A stretch of 64,000 nt of DNA from NCBI GenBank assembly GCA_965649265.1, contig CBFGKC010000002.1:107100-171099 (forward strand). The letters run 5' to 3'. Shown here one piece after another: positions 44,519 to 54,271 of this stretch (its first letter is position 1; every line of letters begins with the position of its first letter). The position numbers were made by a program, and so were the translations under genes. This DNA is from a candidate division WOR-3 bacterium. GTDB lineage: Bacteria > Hydrothermota > Tepidihabitantia > B3-TA06. The notes beneath the pieces are model-generated. The model saw nothing but the letters and a program-made list of their open reading frames with translations, was not told the origin of the DNA and did no database searches.

Positions 44519-45630
44519 TGAAAGACGTTGAAGTCAAGTTATATACGACAAAGAAGATACTGAACGAGCACAAGCGCGCGGACGAGGGGTGGTTCTGGGT
44601 GCGCTACTCGGCCTATCCCTACAAGGGCTGCTCGAACGGCTGCCGCTACTGTTACGAGTGGGACGAAAAATACGCACCCATGAAGGATTACACCCTCATG
44701 GATAAGGTGGTGATGGTGAAGGAGAACGCGGTCGAACGTCTCAAGAAAGAGCTGCCGCGTAAACAGAAGGACGTGGTGTGCGTGGGTGACTGGCAGCCCG
44801 TTGAGGCGAAGTACGGGCTCTCGCGGAAGATGCTCGAGATAGTATACCAGTTGAAATTCCCCTTGATGATCATAGAACGCGCGCCGCTACTGACGAAAGA
44901 TCTGGATATCCTCAAGGATATTTCTTGTCAGACCGATGCTTATGTCGGATATTCGATTGTGGCGACAAGGGATGACGCGACAAGGCTGCACTTCGAACCC
45001 AGGGGTCCCTCGGTCAAAGGCAGGTTCAGCGCGATGAAAAGGATTGCGGAGGCGGGCGTGATGATCGGAACCCTGGCCATGCCTATCCTGCCCTATATCT
45101 TCGATTCGGACGAGGAGTTGAGGCTTCTTGTCCGGATGACCCGCGATGCGGGTGGCGGCTTTGTTCTGTTCGGAGGATTGACCCTGTGGGGAACATGCAA
45201 GAACGTCTACAACGAAGCTCTGGAATCGTATAACCCCGATCTTATCACCGCGACCGAGAAGTGGGATCGGGACAAGGCAGCCAAAACCCAGTGGGTTCGC
45301 AGGTGTCATCTCACGATTGCGGAGGAGTGCGAACGCGTGGGTATCAAGCATTTTATCAAAAGACCTGTTTCTTTTTATCCCAAAGACTTGAGGCGCAACA
45401 AGGAGATTGCCGGCATGCTGTTCGTAAAGGCAAGGGACATCCAGATGCTGGGGGAGTCCGATTACAGGTCAATGGCCTACACCAGGGTGGGCAGAACCGT
45501 TGACGGGCTCCTCCTGGATATCGGTTCGATTTACCGTGAACAGGGCAGACGAGGACTTACGGCACTCGACGGCGTCGGCGAGAAAATAGCGGACGAGATC
45601 GAGACGTTGCTCGGGAAGAGCGGACAGTGA
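44518..45630 (+). CDS. Radical SAM protein (spore photoproduct lyase-like) with C-terminal helix-hairpin-helix domain
   Basis: PYKGCSNGCRYCY, DWQPVE, FEPR and MPILP; C-terminus LDGVGEKIADEI. Confidence 0.88.
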   Translation: MKDVEVKLYTTKKILNEHKRADEGWFWVRYSAYPYKGCSNGCRYCYEWDEKYAPMKDYTLMDKVVMVKENAVERLKKELPRKQKDVVCVGDWQPVEAKYGLSRKMLEIVYQLKFPLMIIERAPLLTKDLDILKDISCQTDAYVGYSIVATRDDATRLHFEPRGPSVKGRFSAMKRIAEAGVMIGTLAMPILPYIFDSDEELRLLVRMTRDAGGGFVLFGGLTLWGTCKNVYNEALESYNPDLITATEKWDRDKAAKTQWVRRCHLTIAEECERVGIKHFIKRPVSFYPKDLRRNKEIAGMLFVKARDIQMLGESDYRSMAYTRVGRTVDGLLLDIGSIYREQGRRGLTALDGVGEKIADEIETLLGKSGQ

Positions 45631-46193
45631 ACAGGTTGATACTTGCAACGCTTGCCGTTCTCGGCTGCGGGAAGATGCCCCCCAATCCGCTGGACGAGAC
45701 GTTCTTTCCTGCAGGGGCAGGCTACGAGTGGGTGTACGAGCGCGAGAGCTACGTGTGGGATGACATGGCAAGCAGCAAGAGTGTTGATACCTTCAGCATC
45801 AAGGTCGTTTCCAAAACGACGAAAGACGGACTCACAATCTTCAAACTGAAGGGCGGGTCTTTCGAGGATGTGGGAGAGGAAATTGCCATCGCCGGGAACT
45901 ATGTGGCCGTTTTTGAAGGGATGGATACGATACCGCTCGTACCGCCTGAAGACTTCAAAGCGAAAGAATCATTCCCGGGGTACGGGGTCGTTTACAGGGG
46001 GGATACCCTGACGCTCAACTACGACGTGGGCGGCGGGTACGTTCTAATGCTTTACTCGACCGAAAGAATCAAGGGCGTTGGCGTCATCCGCCAGACAGCC
46101 GAAATAAGGGAACCGCCGCATTACGAGGGCCACGTTGACCGCCTCCTCTGCTTCATCAAGGGCCGGGATACATTATGGAAAACCACCCCATGA
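45627..46193 (+). CDS. Hypothetical lipoprotein
   Basis: Lipobox VLGC; FFPAGAGYEWVY and IKGVGVI. Confidence 0.78.
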   Translation: MNRLILATLAVLGCGKMPPNPLDETFFPAGAGYEWVYERESYVWDDMASSKSVDTFSIKVVSKTTKDGLTIFKLKGGSFEDVGEEIAIAGNYVAVFEGMDTIPLVPPEDFKAKESFPGYGVVYRGDTLTLNYDVGGGYVLMLYSTERIKGVGVIRQTAEIREPPHYEGHVDRLLCFIKGRDTLWKTTP

Positions 46194-46406
46194 ACCTGTT
46201 TCGCGTGTCCAAGGAGAACCCGAGTACGAAGGGAATACACCAACTGAAGCAAAAATTTGCACAAAATGATAAGGGAGGAGGACCCCCTCTCTACTCGTCG
46301 TGCATTAAGATGCGTAGCTGCGATTCTTGAGATCATGAAGGATGGCATTGGATTTGCTTAGTAATAGATTGTAGGGAGATTATCAAAGGCCTTGAAAGGA
46401 GGGGCT

Positions 46407-47936
46407 TTGAAGAAGGTTGTTTTATTGTTAGGGATGGCGGGATTGGTCATAAGCTGCCAGGTGGAGTATCCTGAGCTCGTAAAATTAATCTCACCTGCGG
46501 ATGGAGCCATATTTGATACCGTTATACCTGAATTTACGTGGCATTCTGATCCTGTGGCTTCAGACTACATAATAAGAATTCTTGATGAAACAGGAACTGG
46601 GATTCTTGAGGACTCGCTTAAGGATACCACGTTCACGATACCTGATACTATATTCAATCAAATCGCTGATGGAATCTATAAATGGATGGTCGCACCACTG
46701 CCAGCAATGGATGAACTTCTGTGGAGTGACAGCCGGACTTTTATACTTGACAAGGAAGGATATCAGACACCTATGCTAATTATCCCGGAAGATGGCGATA
46801 CTTTTTATATCACTCCACCTAAATTTGTCTGGCATTCCAGTATCGGTGCAAACTCCTATGTTGTCCGCATCGTGAAGGGTGCTTTCTTTACCGGCGAAGT
46901 CATCGTCGAGGATACGCTAGAGGACACAACTTATACCTTGCCTCAGGAAGATTTCGAGATAGCGCTTAACTCCGACTATGTTTGGTCGGTTGCCCCTCTC
47001 TCCCCCCAGGGCGGATTGACCTGGAGGGAGTTCTGGGAATTTACTTTGAACAAACCCATGCCTTCCGGGCCCGAGCAAATTTCTCCTACGGAAGGAACCG
47101 AGTTCACAGATGCACCGCCCTCATTTGTATGGCATTCAGATGCCTTAGCCAAAGCTTATATCTTCTTATTACACGGAGAGAACCTCCCGTATGGGGACAC
47201 AATAGTTGTGGATACCCTTGAGGATACCACCTATGCTCTTTCGCGTGACATATTCGAAGTTTCGTATAACGGAACGTATAAGTGGTCTGTCGCATCCGTT
47301 GCCAACACAAATCAGTCTTTTTGGAGTATGCAACGTTCGCTTACTTTCAACCAACCGCAAGTTCAATTTGATCTCGACACAACTTATTTCCCCTTCGGCC
47401 TCGGGTATGAGTGGGTTTATGAAGAGCATGGAGAAGGCATCAACGGGTATGGGAGTGCTAGTTGGCTCGATACTATAACTATCCGAGTTGTTGATTCTTC
47501 GTTTGCTTTTAACGGCTGGAGTTTTAATTTACAGTGCCTGAGTCAAAATGGTCTTGGCTCTCCTAAGTTCTTTGATGTTGGCAACCCGGCAAGATTAGTA
47601 AAGACCTCGGTTATAATCCTCGGCAACAAAAAAATCGATGTTATTCCCATATCCATGAAAGAAGTCAATCCAATTCCAGATGGTTATGAAAAATACGAAA
47701 TTAGTTACACTCTCGATACCCTGCAAATCACAACTTCTTCATCCGTTTGGCATGAAGATGACCCTCACGGTTGGGGTTACGACAAGGCTACTACAATTGC
47801 ACGCGTAAGAGAAATAGGTACCGTGAAGCAGGTGGACTATTACTGGTATGGCTATTATAACTGGAATGGTTATTCCATCTCCCATAGATTGATTCAATTC
47901 AGCAAAAACGGTACATTAGTTTGGCAAAGGAAGTAA
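46407..47936 (+). CDS. Lipoprotein with three Ig/FN3-like repeats and a C-terminal domain paralogous to 45627
   Basis: AAGGAGG plus TTG; VISC; three (P.DG..F...P.F.WHS...DT.Y...Y.W.VA) repeats; YFPFGLGYEWVY. Confidence 0.8.
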   Translation: MKKVVLLLGMAGLVISCQVEYPELVKLISPADGAIFDTVIPEFTWHSDPVASDYIIRILDETGTGILEDSLKDTTFTIPDTIFNQIADGIYKWMVAPLPAMDELLWSDSRTFILDKEGYQTPMLIIPEDGDTFYITPPKFVWHSSIGANSYVVRIVKGAFFTGEVIVEDTLEDTTYTLPQEDFEIALNSDYVWSVAPLSPQGGLTWREFWEFTLNKPMPSGPEQISPTEGTEFTDAPPSFVWHSDALAKAYIFLLHGENLPYGDTIVVDTLEDTTYALSRDIFEVSYNGTYKWSVASVANTNQSFWSMQRSLTFNQPQVQFDLDTTYFPFGLGYEWVYEEHGEGINGYGSASWLDTITIRVVDSSFAFNGWSFNLQCLSQNGLGSPKFFDVGNPARLVKTSVIILGNKKIDVIPISMKEVNPIPDGYEKYEISYTLDTLQITTSSSVWHEDDPHGWGYDKATTIARVREIGTVKQVDYYWYGYYNWNGYSISHRLIQFSKNGTLVWQRK

Positions 47937-49303
47937 TGATGAGAAGGATTCTCATCCAAGCAATCTCTCCTCTCTTTTGTGCCTTTCTTTCGTGTATACA
48001 ACCCCAGGAACAAGGAGCTATAGCGGTTTCATCTATCCCACCTGGAGCAATTGTCTATCTGGACGATAGCCTTACAGGTATGAAAACTAATTGCGTTCTT
48101 ACGAACGTCCAGTCCGGCGAACATAAAATCAAATTAAGCATACCTGGCCTACCCGAATGGTCAACTATAGTTGACGTCAAAGCAGGGGACACCTGCGAGA
48201 TTAATACTTCCTTTATAGTAGAAACCGGAAAAATAAAGTGGACATTTTCAGTCAGTACCGGCTACTATATCAAAACTTCACCCTCAATTGGGCAAGACGG
48301 CACTATTTACTACAGCGGGCAATACGAGGTCATAGCCTTGAACCCGGATGGGACTCTGAAATGGAAAAAAAACTCAGATGAGAGATCATGCGGTCCAATG
48401 GTAATTTCCGAAAATGAATCCATCTATTATGCATGCTTCGTCAATGATTATTATCGGATTGCTGCATTGAATTCAGATGGCAATAAAATATGGGAATTCT
48501 TTCCTGATAGCGGCTTTGGCGGCTCCGTATCACCTGCTTTAGACAGAGATGGATGCATTTATTTCTCGGCGGGAAATTGCCTTTATGCCTTGAACCCGGA
48601 AGGAAAATTGAAATGGAAATTTGAAATAGCAAGCAACGGCACCCCTACCATAGGTGATGACGGAACCATTTATGTTGGAGGAGATAGATATCTTTATGCC
48701 TTCAAGCCGGATGGAACATTGAAGTGGGTTCATGAGCCTGGAAGCACACCGGTAATTGGATCTGATAGGACTCTTTACTTCGGTTTCGGAAAGCACCTAT
48801 ACGCAACTTCTCAAAATGGAACAACAAAATGTTTCTCCAAAGAACTGCCAGGTGATGTCTGCGGTATATCGATTGGCTCTGAAGGCAAGATATACGCCGG
48901 GATCGTCGATTGGAAAGATCTGGAAGAACAACCTGAGGCATGGTCATATTCATTTTCACCTTCAGGAGAGATACTCCAAACCTTTGGTAACTCTTGGTGC
49001 GAAATGATGTCAACCCCGACAATAGGCAGAGATGGTTCGATTTATTTTACAGTCTGCCAAAAAAATTCCGAAGGTTATTATTCCAGCTATCTTTATTCTT
49101 ACGGTAGTGATGGATGCCTCCAATGGAAGCTTGAAGGACCTTCCGAGTACTCCTCTCCTTCAATCGCCGAGGACGGCACACTTTTTGTAACTGGTAATAA
49201 TGTGATATACGCCATTCAGACCTCCTCCTTCGGACTCGCCCCATCCTCCTGGCCGAAGTATGGCCACGACAACCAGAACACCGGCAGGGCTGGAGGACCA
49301 TGA
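47936..49303 (+). CDS. PEGA plus PQQ-like beta-propeller lipoprotein
   Basis: FLSC lipobox; VSSIPPGAIVYLD (PEGA); repeated P.IG.DGTIY..LYALNPDG.LKW; WPKYGHDNQNTG. Confidence 0.85.
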   Translation: MMRRILIQAISPLFCAFLSCIQPQEQGAIAVSSIPPGAIVYLDDSLTGMKTNCVLTNVQSGEHKIKLSIPGLPEWSTIVDVKAGDTCEINTSFIVETGKIKWTFSVSTGYYIKTSPSIGQDGTIYYSGQYEVIALNPDGTLKWKKNSDERSCGPMVISENESIYYACFVNDYYRIAALNSDGNKIWEFFPDSGFGGSVSPALDRDGCIYFSAGNCLYALNPEGKLKWKFEIASNGTPTIGDDGTIYVGGDRYLYAFKPDGTLKWVHEPGSTPVIGSDRTLYFGFGKHLYATSQNGTTKCFSKELPGDVCGISIGSEGKIYAGIVDWKDLEEQPEAWSYSFSPSGEILQTFGNSWCEMMSTPTIGRDGSIYFTVCQKNSEGYYSSYLYSYGSDGCLQWKLEGPSEYSSPSIAEDGTLFVTGNNVIYAIQTSSFGLAPSSWPKYGHDNQNTGRAGGP

Positions 49304-49358
49304 CATAAATCCCCATGAACCTGCTCAGCATCTTTACGGAGACCCTGGATATGCAAAT

Positions 49359-49838
49359 CTAAGCACTAAGGTGTTTTTTTATAATATCTTCGACGTGTTC
49401 AAGCGTAGCCTGGACGGGTGGGGTTAGTGACGCGTTGAACTCAAGGCTGGCCGCCTGGACGCCCAGGAGTTCGATGGTTAAGCATGGATGCTCGACACGA
49501 GTCATCTTGACCCAGAAGGAGAGGGGCACCCCGTGCGTGGAGATGGTGCGGATGGGTAAAGAGAGAATTTCATCGGCGGAGAAGAAGCGGAGCTCGCCCG
49601 GCACCCCCTCCCAGTCGCACACGTCGATGAGAAGTATACGGCCGGGTTTTTCCTTCTCGACGAGTCCGAGCGCGTTCTCCGGGACCTCTCCCCCATCAAC
49701 AAGAGTCCAGTGGGAAGGGATGGTGGAAGATTCCAGAAAACGGTCAATTGCCAGCGGCCCAAATGCGTCATCACCTCTGAGTCGATTACCAACACCTATA
49801 ATGAGAATCTTAGGAGTACCGGAGCCGGACTCAGCCAA
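49359..49838 (-). CDS. Hydrogenase maturation protease (HycI/HyaD family)
   Basis: IIGVGNRLRGDDAFG, DGGEVPEN, LLID and STHG; start trimmed to TTG 49838. Confidence 0.88.
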   Translation of the reverse strand: MAESGSGTPKILIIGVGNRLRGDDAFGPLAIDRFLESSTIPSHWTLVDGGEVPENALGLVEKEKPGRILLIDVCDWEGVPGELRFFSADEILSLPIRTISTHGVPLSFWVKMTRVEHPCLTIELLGVQAASLEFNASLTPPVQATLEHVEDIIKKHLSA

Positions 49839-51093
49839 CGCCTGTGAACTCGTCAAGGATTCCGGCAAGCTTTTCAGCCAGCCTTCTACGTTCGAACCGA
49901 GCAATGAGGTCAGCTCTGGGATCGTAAGGAAAAACGCCGTCAAGAAGAAGTTTCAGCCCACGCAAGACACCGTCAACATCTCCCTCTCTTGCAACACACC
50001 CCGTGCACGTCTCGCGAACAAGCAAGGCTGTTTCATGCTCTGGACTTACGGTGGCAAGTATGGGGACACCGGAGCCTATGTATTCGTATGTTTTCGCCGG
50101 GACGATCAGATCGGAATATTCGGAATGGTAGGGAAGCCACGCAAGGTCTGAACGCTCAAGCCGCCTCATGGTCTCTTTGTGCGGGAGATGGCCTAGACGT
50201 TCGATAAAATTAGAGACCCCGCTGCGCCTGATTCGCTCTTCTTCGACCGAGCTTATCTCACCCATTATCTGAACCTTAAGTTTTGCGGGCGTAATGCCTT
50301 CTTCGTCTCTCAACCTTCGTATGGCCGCATAAAGGGTCGTTCCACGGTTGATGTGATCGAGTCCGAGGATACCCGTGTATGCAATTATCAAAGGTCCTCT
50401 TTTTCGACCTTGGGAATCCTTTTTTCGCAGAGAAAAATCCGCGGAATCAAACCCGTTGGGAATGTAGTTGATGCGAGGAGCCATCTCGGGATAACGATTC
50501 AGGAGGTCTCTCGAATGCGCCCTCGTGGCGGCAATGACGGCATCCGCATATTCGAGTATGGTTTTTTCATTCCTCTTATTAAGCGCTCTCTTCCAGCGTG
50601 ATTTGTCGTGCTGGGGATGACGTACCCACGGATCACGCATATCAATTATCAATGGCAATCCGGTAACTCTTTTTAAGAGCCGTCCGGTAAAGAAATTGCT
50701 CCACGGAGGAGCCGTCACGAATATCGCATCCGCTTTCAGAGATAGCTTGTAAGCCTGGCGAAACGCCGGACCTACGTACCCGCTTTGTGTATCGGGCCAT
50801 GAAAACCTCTGCGCTATCCAGCGAAGCGGGCTGTCTATTCTCGGTTTCAAGGGTCCGGCAAGCTTCTCGCGGAAACGAAAACTGTCGAATCCGGCAACCC
50901 TGTAAAGGGAAATATCCTTGACTTCCTCAAGCATTTCGGAATCGGCCATATAAAAAGCGGAAGGCTGCGGCGCGATGACATGAGGTTTCCATCCGAAATC
51001 AGGCAGATACTTGCAAAACTTTGATACACGCTGAACACCCACGCCACCCAGAGGAGGAAAATAGTATGTAATTACAAGAAGATTCTTAGCCAC
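49831..51093 (-). CDS. Glycosyltransferase family 4
   Basis: ITYYFPPLGGVGVQR, DMRDPW, IPNGFD and PAKTYEY. Confidence 0.92.
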   Translation of the reverse strand: MAKNLLVITYYFPPLGGVGVQRVSKFCKYLPDFGWKPHVIAPQPSAFYMADSEMLEEVKDISLYRVAGFDSFRFREKLAGPLKPRIDSPLRWIAQRFSWPDTQSGYVGPAFRQAYKLSLKADAIFVTAPPWSNFFTGRLLKRVTGLPLIIDMRDPWVRHPQHDKSRWKRALNKRNEKTILEYADAVIAATRAHSRDLLNRYPEMAPRINYIPNGFDSADFSLRKKDSQGRKRGPLIIAYTGILGLDHINRGTTLYAAIRRLRDEEGITPAKLKVQIMGEISSVEEERIRRSGVSNFIERLGHLPHKETMRRLERSDLAWLPYHSEYSDLIVPAKTYEYIGSGVPILATVSPEHETALLVRETCTGCVAREGDVDGVLRGLKLLLDGVFPYDPRADLIARFERRRLAEKLAGILDEFTGVG

Positions 51094-52078
51094 TTATCTT
51101 CTTCATGAGTTTTTCAGCGTCTTTGACGATATCGGAGTACCCCAGGTCGCGGCGAATCTTGTCCTTGTTGTTGATGACATCCCACAGATAGCTTTTTGCC
51201 TTTGCCTTGTCGCCGAGCGCCGAGTAAACCTCGGCAAGACGAAGCTTGCATTGGTAGATGTTCGTGTAACACTTGGGCTGGTACCAGAAGATATCCCCGA
51301 GGAGCTTCTCGTAGAGAGCTTTGGCCTCCTCCCACATGCCGAGATCGATATAGAGTTCGCCCAGACCCCATCTGAAGGTGCGGGATTTTGGGTGCTCGGC
51401 AACAAGCTCCTTGCTTATCTCTAGCGCCTCCTTCGGCCTTCCCTCCTCCTTGAAGATAAAGGTCAGCGCCTGACCTGCCGATGCCTTGAAATATGTCCCC
51501 TTGTCATAGACGAGGCGGATCTCGTGAACCCCTTTCTCGACACTGGTCGAGCCCTTTGTTCCCGGAAGATAGCGATCGACCCGGCCGGAAAAGTAATCGT
51601 ATGCGCCCTTCGCGAGATAGGCGTCGTAGAGCGTGGAGTCGAGTTCCACAGCCTTTAGCAAGGGATTGAGCGCGCTCGTCCCCGAAGAGAACGCTGCCAG
51701 GTACTGCCTCTTCCAGCCCGAGCGAACCATGCGGAAGACCTGAACCGAACCGATAAAGAGGAGGTCTCGTGCATTCTCGCCGTTGGCCTCGATGCCGGCC
51801 CTTGCCGCCTTCTCGGCTGCGGACATCTGCTTGTCAAAGTACCACTCGAGTGAGTCGGTTACGAAATCGGACATGTAGATGAAAGTGAGCGCGCCGTCGA
51901 GGAAGTAGGGCGCAGGGTCGTCCGGGCAGAGCCGTTTCGCCTCGGCGTAAGCCTTGCGAGCGGTCTCGTAATCCTCTATGTGGGATGCCTCGATCCCCTT
52001 GGTTAAGAGCGCCTCCGCCTCCGGCGTGAGCGCGGAAAGGAGGGGGAGGAGGGTGAGAAAGGCGGATAGATTACACAT
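51086..52078 (-). CDS. Secreted tetratricopeptide-repeat protein
   Basis: Signal peptide; TPR-like helices (AVELDSTLYDAYLAKGAY, LGELY..AKALYE). Confidence 0.8.
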   Translation of the reverse strand: MCNLSAFLTLLPLLSALTPEAEALLTKGIEASHIEDYETARKAYAEAKRLCPDDPAPYFLDGALTFIYMSDFVTDSLEWYFDKQMSAAEKAARAGIEANGENARDLLFIGSVQVFRMVRSGWKRQYLAAFSSGTSALNPLLKAVELDSTLYDAYLAKGAYDYFSGRVDRYLPGTKGSTSVEKGVHEIRLVYDKGTYFKASAGQALTFIFKEEGRPKEALEISKELVAEHPKSRTFRWGLGELYIDLGMWEEAKALYEKLLGDIFWYQPKCYTNIYQCKLRLAEVYSALGDKAKAKSYLWDVINNKDKIRRDLGYSDIVKDAEKLMKKISG

Positions 52079-52103
52079 CAGTATCTAAAGACGAAAGCTG
52101 GAC

Positions 52104-52478
52104 TTAAATGGTTGCAATTGCCGCAATCTCGACCAGCGCACCCTTTGGTAGTCCGGCTGACTGGACGGTGAGCCGGGCGGGGTATGGTGCCGTGAAGAAT
52201 GTCGCGTATATTTCGTTGACCTTTGGGAAGTCTACAAGCGAGGCGAGATGGATATCACATCTCACGATATCGTCCATGGTTGCCCCGGCTTCGTCAAGGA
52301 TAGCCTTGAGATTGGACATGACCTGCCTTGCCTGGGCCTCGACTCCTTCGAGGAGCTTATCTTGCTTGGGGTCAATGCCCAGCTGACCGGCGACGAAAAT
52401 GAGGTTTGCCACCTGCACGGCCTGGCTGTACGGACCTATTGGCAGGGGCGCGTTGTCGGTTCTAATCTCTTTTTTCAT
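52104..52478 (-). CDS. ridA: RidA/YjgF enamine deaminase
   Basis: APLPIGPYSQAV, AGQL, VNEIY, PAR and LPKGALVEI. Confidence 0.93.
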   Translation of the reverse strand: MKKEIRTDNAPLPIGPYSQAVQVANLIFVAGQLGIDPKQDKLLEGVEAQARQVMSNLKAILDEAGATMDDIVRCDIHLASLVDFPKVNEIYATFFTAPYPARLTVQSAGLPKGALVEIAAIATI

Positions 52479-52654
52479 AAATACTTCCTTTCAAATATTT
52501 GATCCTTCACAAGGAGTCCCATGCTTGGAAAGACACGGGCACTCGCATAGTCTAAGGCATAACCCCGGACCTGTCAACCCTTGATGTTGACAAATGTTTC
52601 AAACGAGTTAGTGTTTTAACCTTAAGGGAACGAATCAACAAATTGGAGGTAAGT

Positions 52655-53794
52655 ATGTTTTTATATAACTTGGTTTCATTCTTTTTGTCGGTAGTGGTAA
52701 GCTTGAGCCCTGGGTATTCATCCAAAGACCAGGCTAATAAACTGCTAACCCACGTTTCCCTGGATGTCAAAGCCGCCACTCCGCTATTCTCCGAAACTAC
52801 AACTATTAATGATTCAGGTTTTGTCTGGTTCTTTATTAATTGGGGACGGAACTTATATATAAGTCGTATCAGCCCCAGGGGTGAAATACTTTTGAATAAG
52901 CTCCTCATAGCTCAGATCAATGAGGAATATCCCGAATTGTGGCTTAATGGTCCGATGGCGTGCGACCGCTGGGGCAACGTGTACTGCGGTTACTTCCCCA
53001 GAACGCGCGACAATCATACCTGCCCTCTGCATCTTATTCGCGTGACCCCTGGTGGCCAGGTAAAGGACTACTATCCTTGGCCTGACATTCGTGTTTACAA
53101 CTATATGGAGGTTCTTCCCGGCGATACCTTGTTAGTTGCAGGATTCAGCAGCGATTTCAGCAAGATCAAGGTATATAAAGGCTTACTCGATGAGGAAGGC
53201 ATTATCCCGGTTTTCGAGAAAGACTTCAAGTCAGGGTACAGCTCATTGAACGAAGTGGTATACAGTAAAGCTATGCCGCAAAGCAACACCATGCTTGACT
53301 GGGGCAGAAACTGGGGGCTATACATCATTAGCGACTCTGATTATAACACACCTGTACTTTCTGAGACTTTTAGAATTCAGAGGCTCAACCTGAATCTGGA
53401 CACCGACCATTCTTACGAAGATCTTGGCCTTTATGATTGGAACAAATATACCTGGAGAATTTTCCATAAAACGTGGATTGGAAATGTTACTATCACTCCC
53501 TACAAGAACGGTGGTTACGTGCTCTGTTTGGTTGAACCAATGGATGCTTCGACTACATATATGATTAGATTGGACAGCACCGGTGTGCCCATAGATCCAA
53601 AGACCCTGAGTGACGGAGGCATAAGAAAGCCCATTGCCTTTGACAAACTCCCGGCGTCAGCCAAACCCTACGTGGGTTTCGGGTGGTGGGAAAGCCATCT
53701 TGAAAGGACGAAAAGGGATTCAGCGCACGTTACGTTCTGGGGCGTGGATAGCGAAGGAAACATCTACAACTACCGGAAACTCCAAAAGCTGTAG
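52655..53794 (+). CDS. Hypothetical secreted protein
   Basis: GGAGG plus ATG 52655; hydrophobic N-terminus; own promoter TTGACA-16-TAGTGT; AT-richer than its neighbours. Confidence 0.72.
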   Translation: MFLYNLVSFFLSVVVSLSPGYSSKDQANKLLTHVSLDVKAATPLFSETTTINDSGFVWFFINWGRNLYISRISPRGEILLNKLLIAQINEEYPELWLNGPMACDRWGNVYCGYFPRTRDNHTCPLHLIRVTPGGQVKDYYPWPDIRVYNYMEVLPGDTLLVAGFSSDFSKIKVYKGLLDEEGIIPVFEKDFKSGYSSLNEVVYSKAMPQSNTMLDWGRNWGLYIISDSDYNTPVLSETFRIQRLNLNLDTDHSYEDLGLYDWNKYTWRIFHKTWIGNVTITPYKNGGYVLCLVEPMDASTTYMIRLDSTGVPIDPKTLSDGGIRKPIAFDKLPASAKPYVGFGWWESHLERTKRDSAHVTFWGVDSEGNIYNYRKLQKL

Positions 53795-53837
53795 GGAGAG
53801 GTCCCCCCAAAAGCTACGGGGTAGCTTTTGGGGGCAT

Positions 53838-54011
53838 AAAAGCAGGAGGCGCCTGGTTAGCCAAGCGCCCCATGGTGATTTCCTCCTCCCATCATCTCCT
53901 TTACCTTTCCTCACCCGGTAACACATCGCCCTTTTCAACCTTCTTCAGTGCCCCTAGCACCAAAGAAGCTCTCACCTCCTCCCTTTCTTCCATCTCCCTC
54001 TATGGTGGCAC
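53838..54011 (-). ncRNA. Candidate sigma54-dependent GGA-rich sRNA
   Basis: Nine GGA motifs in a purine-rich tract, followed by the hairpin GGGGCGCTTGG-ctaa-CCAGGCGCCTCC and TGCTTTT. Confidence 0.45.
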
Positions 54012-54021
54012 TTAACTAGTA

Positions 54022-54037
54022 AGCAAGAACCATGCCA
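54022..54037 (-). promoter_or_regulatory. Sigma54 (-24/-12) promoter
   Basis: TGGCATGGTTCTTGCT matches TGGCAY-N5-TTGCW with correct spacing; AT-rich upstream region. Confidence 0.65.
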
Positions 54038-54271
54038 ACTATCGTCCAAAATACGCTTAAGGGACGCTTGCAAATCAAGCCTTTGCGGAGGGGGGAGGAG
54101 GCGGGTCAAAATGATATCATTTTTTTTAACTATGTGTATCAAGGAAATTATACTTTTTGGTAAATGCACTGAACCATCTGGCCGCCGTCAGAAAATACCG
54201 GATAGTGCCACAGGTTATTTTCGATAAGTATGTAAATTCAAAGAAATTGTTAAGCAATTTCTTTGAATTTA

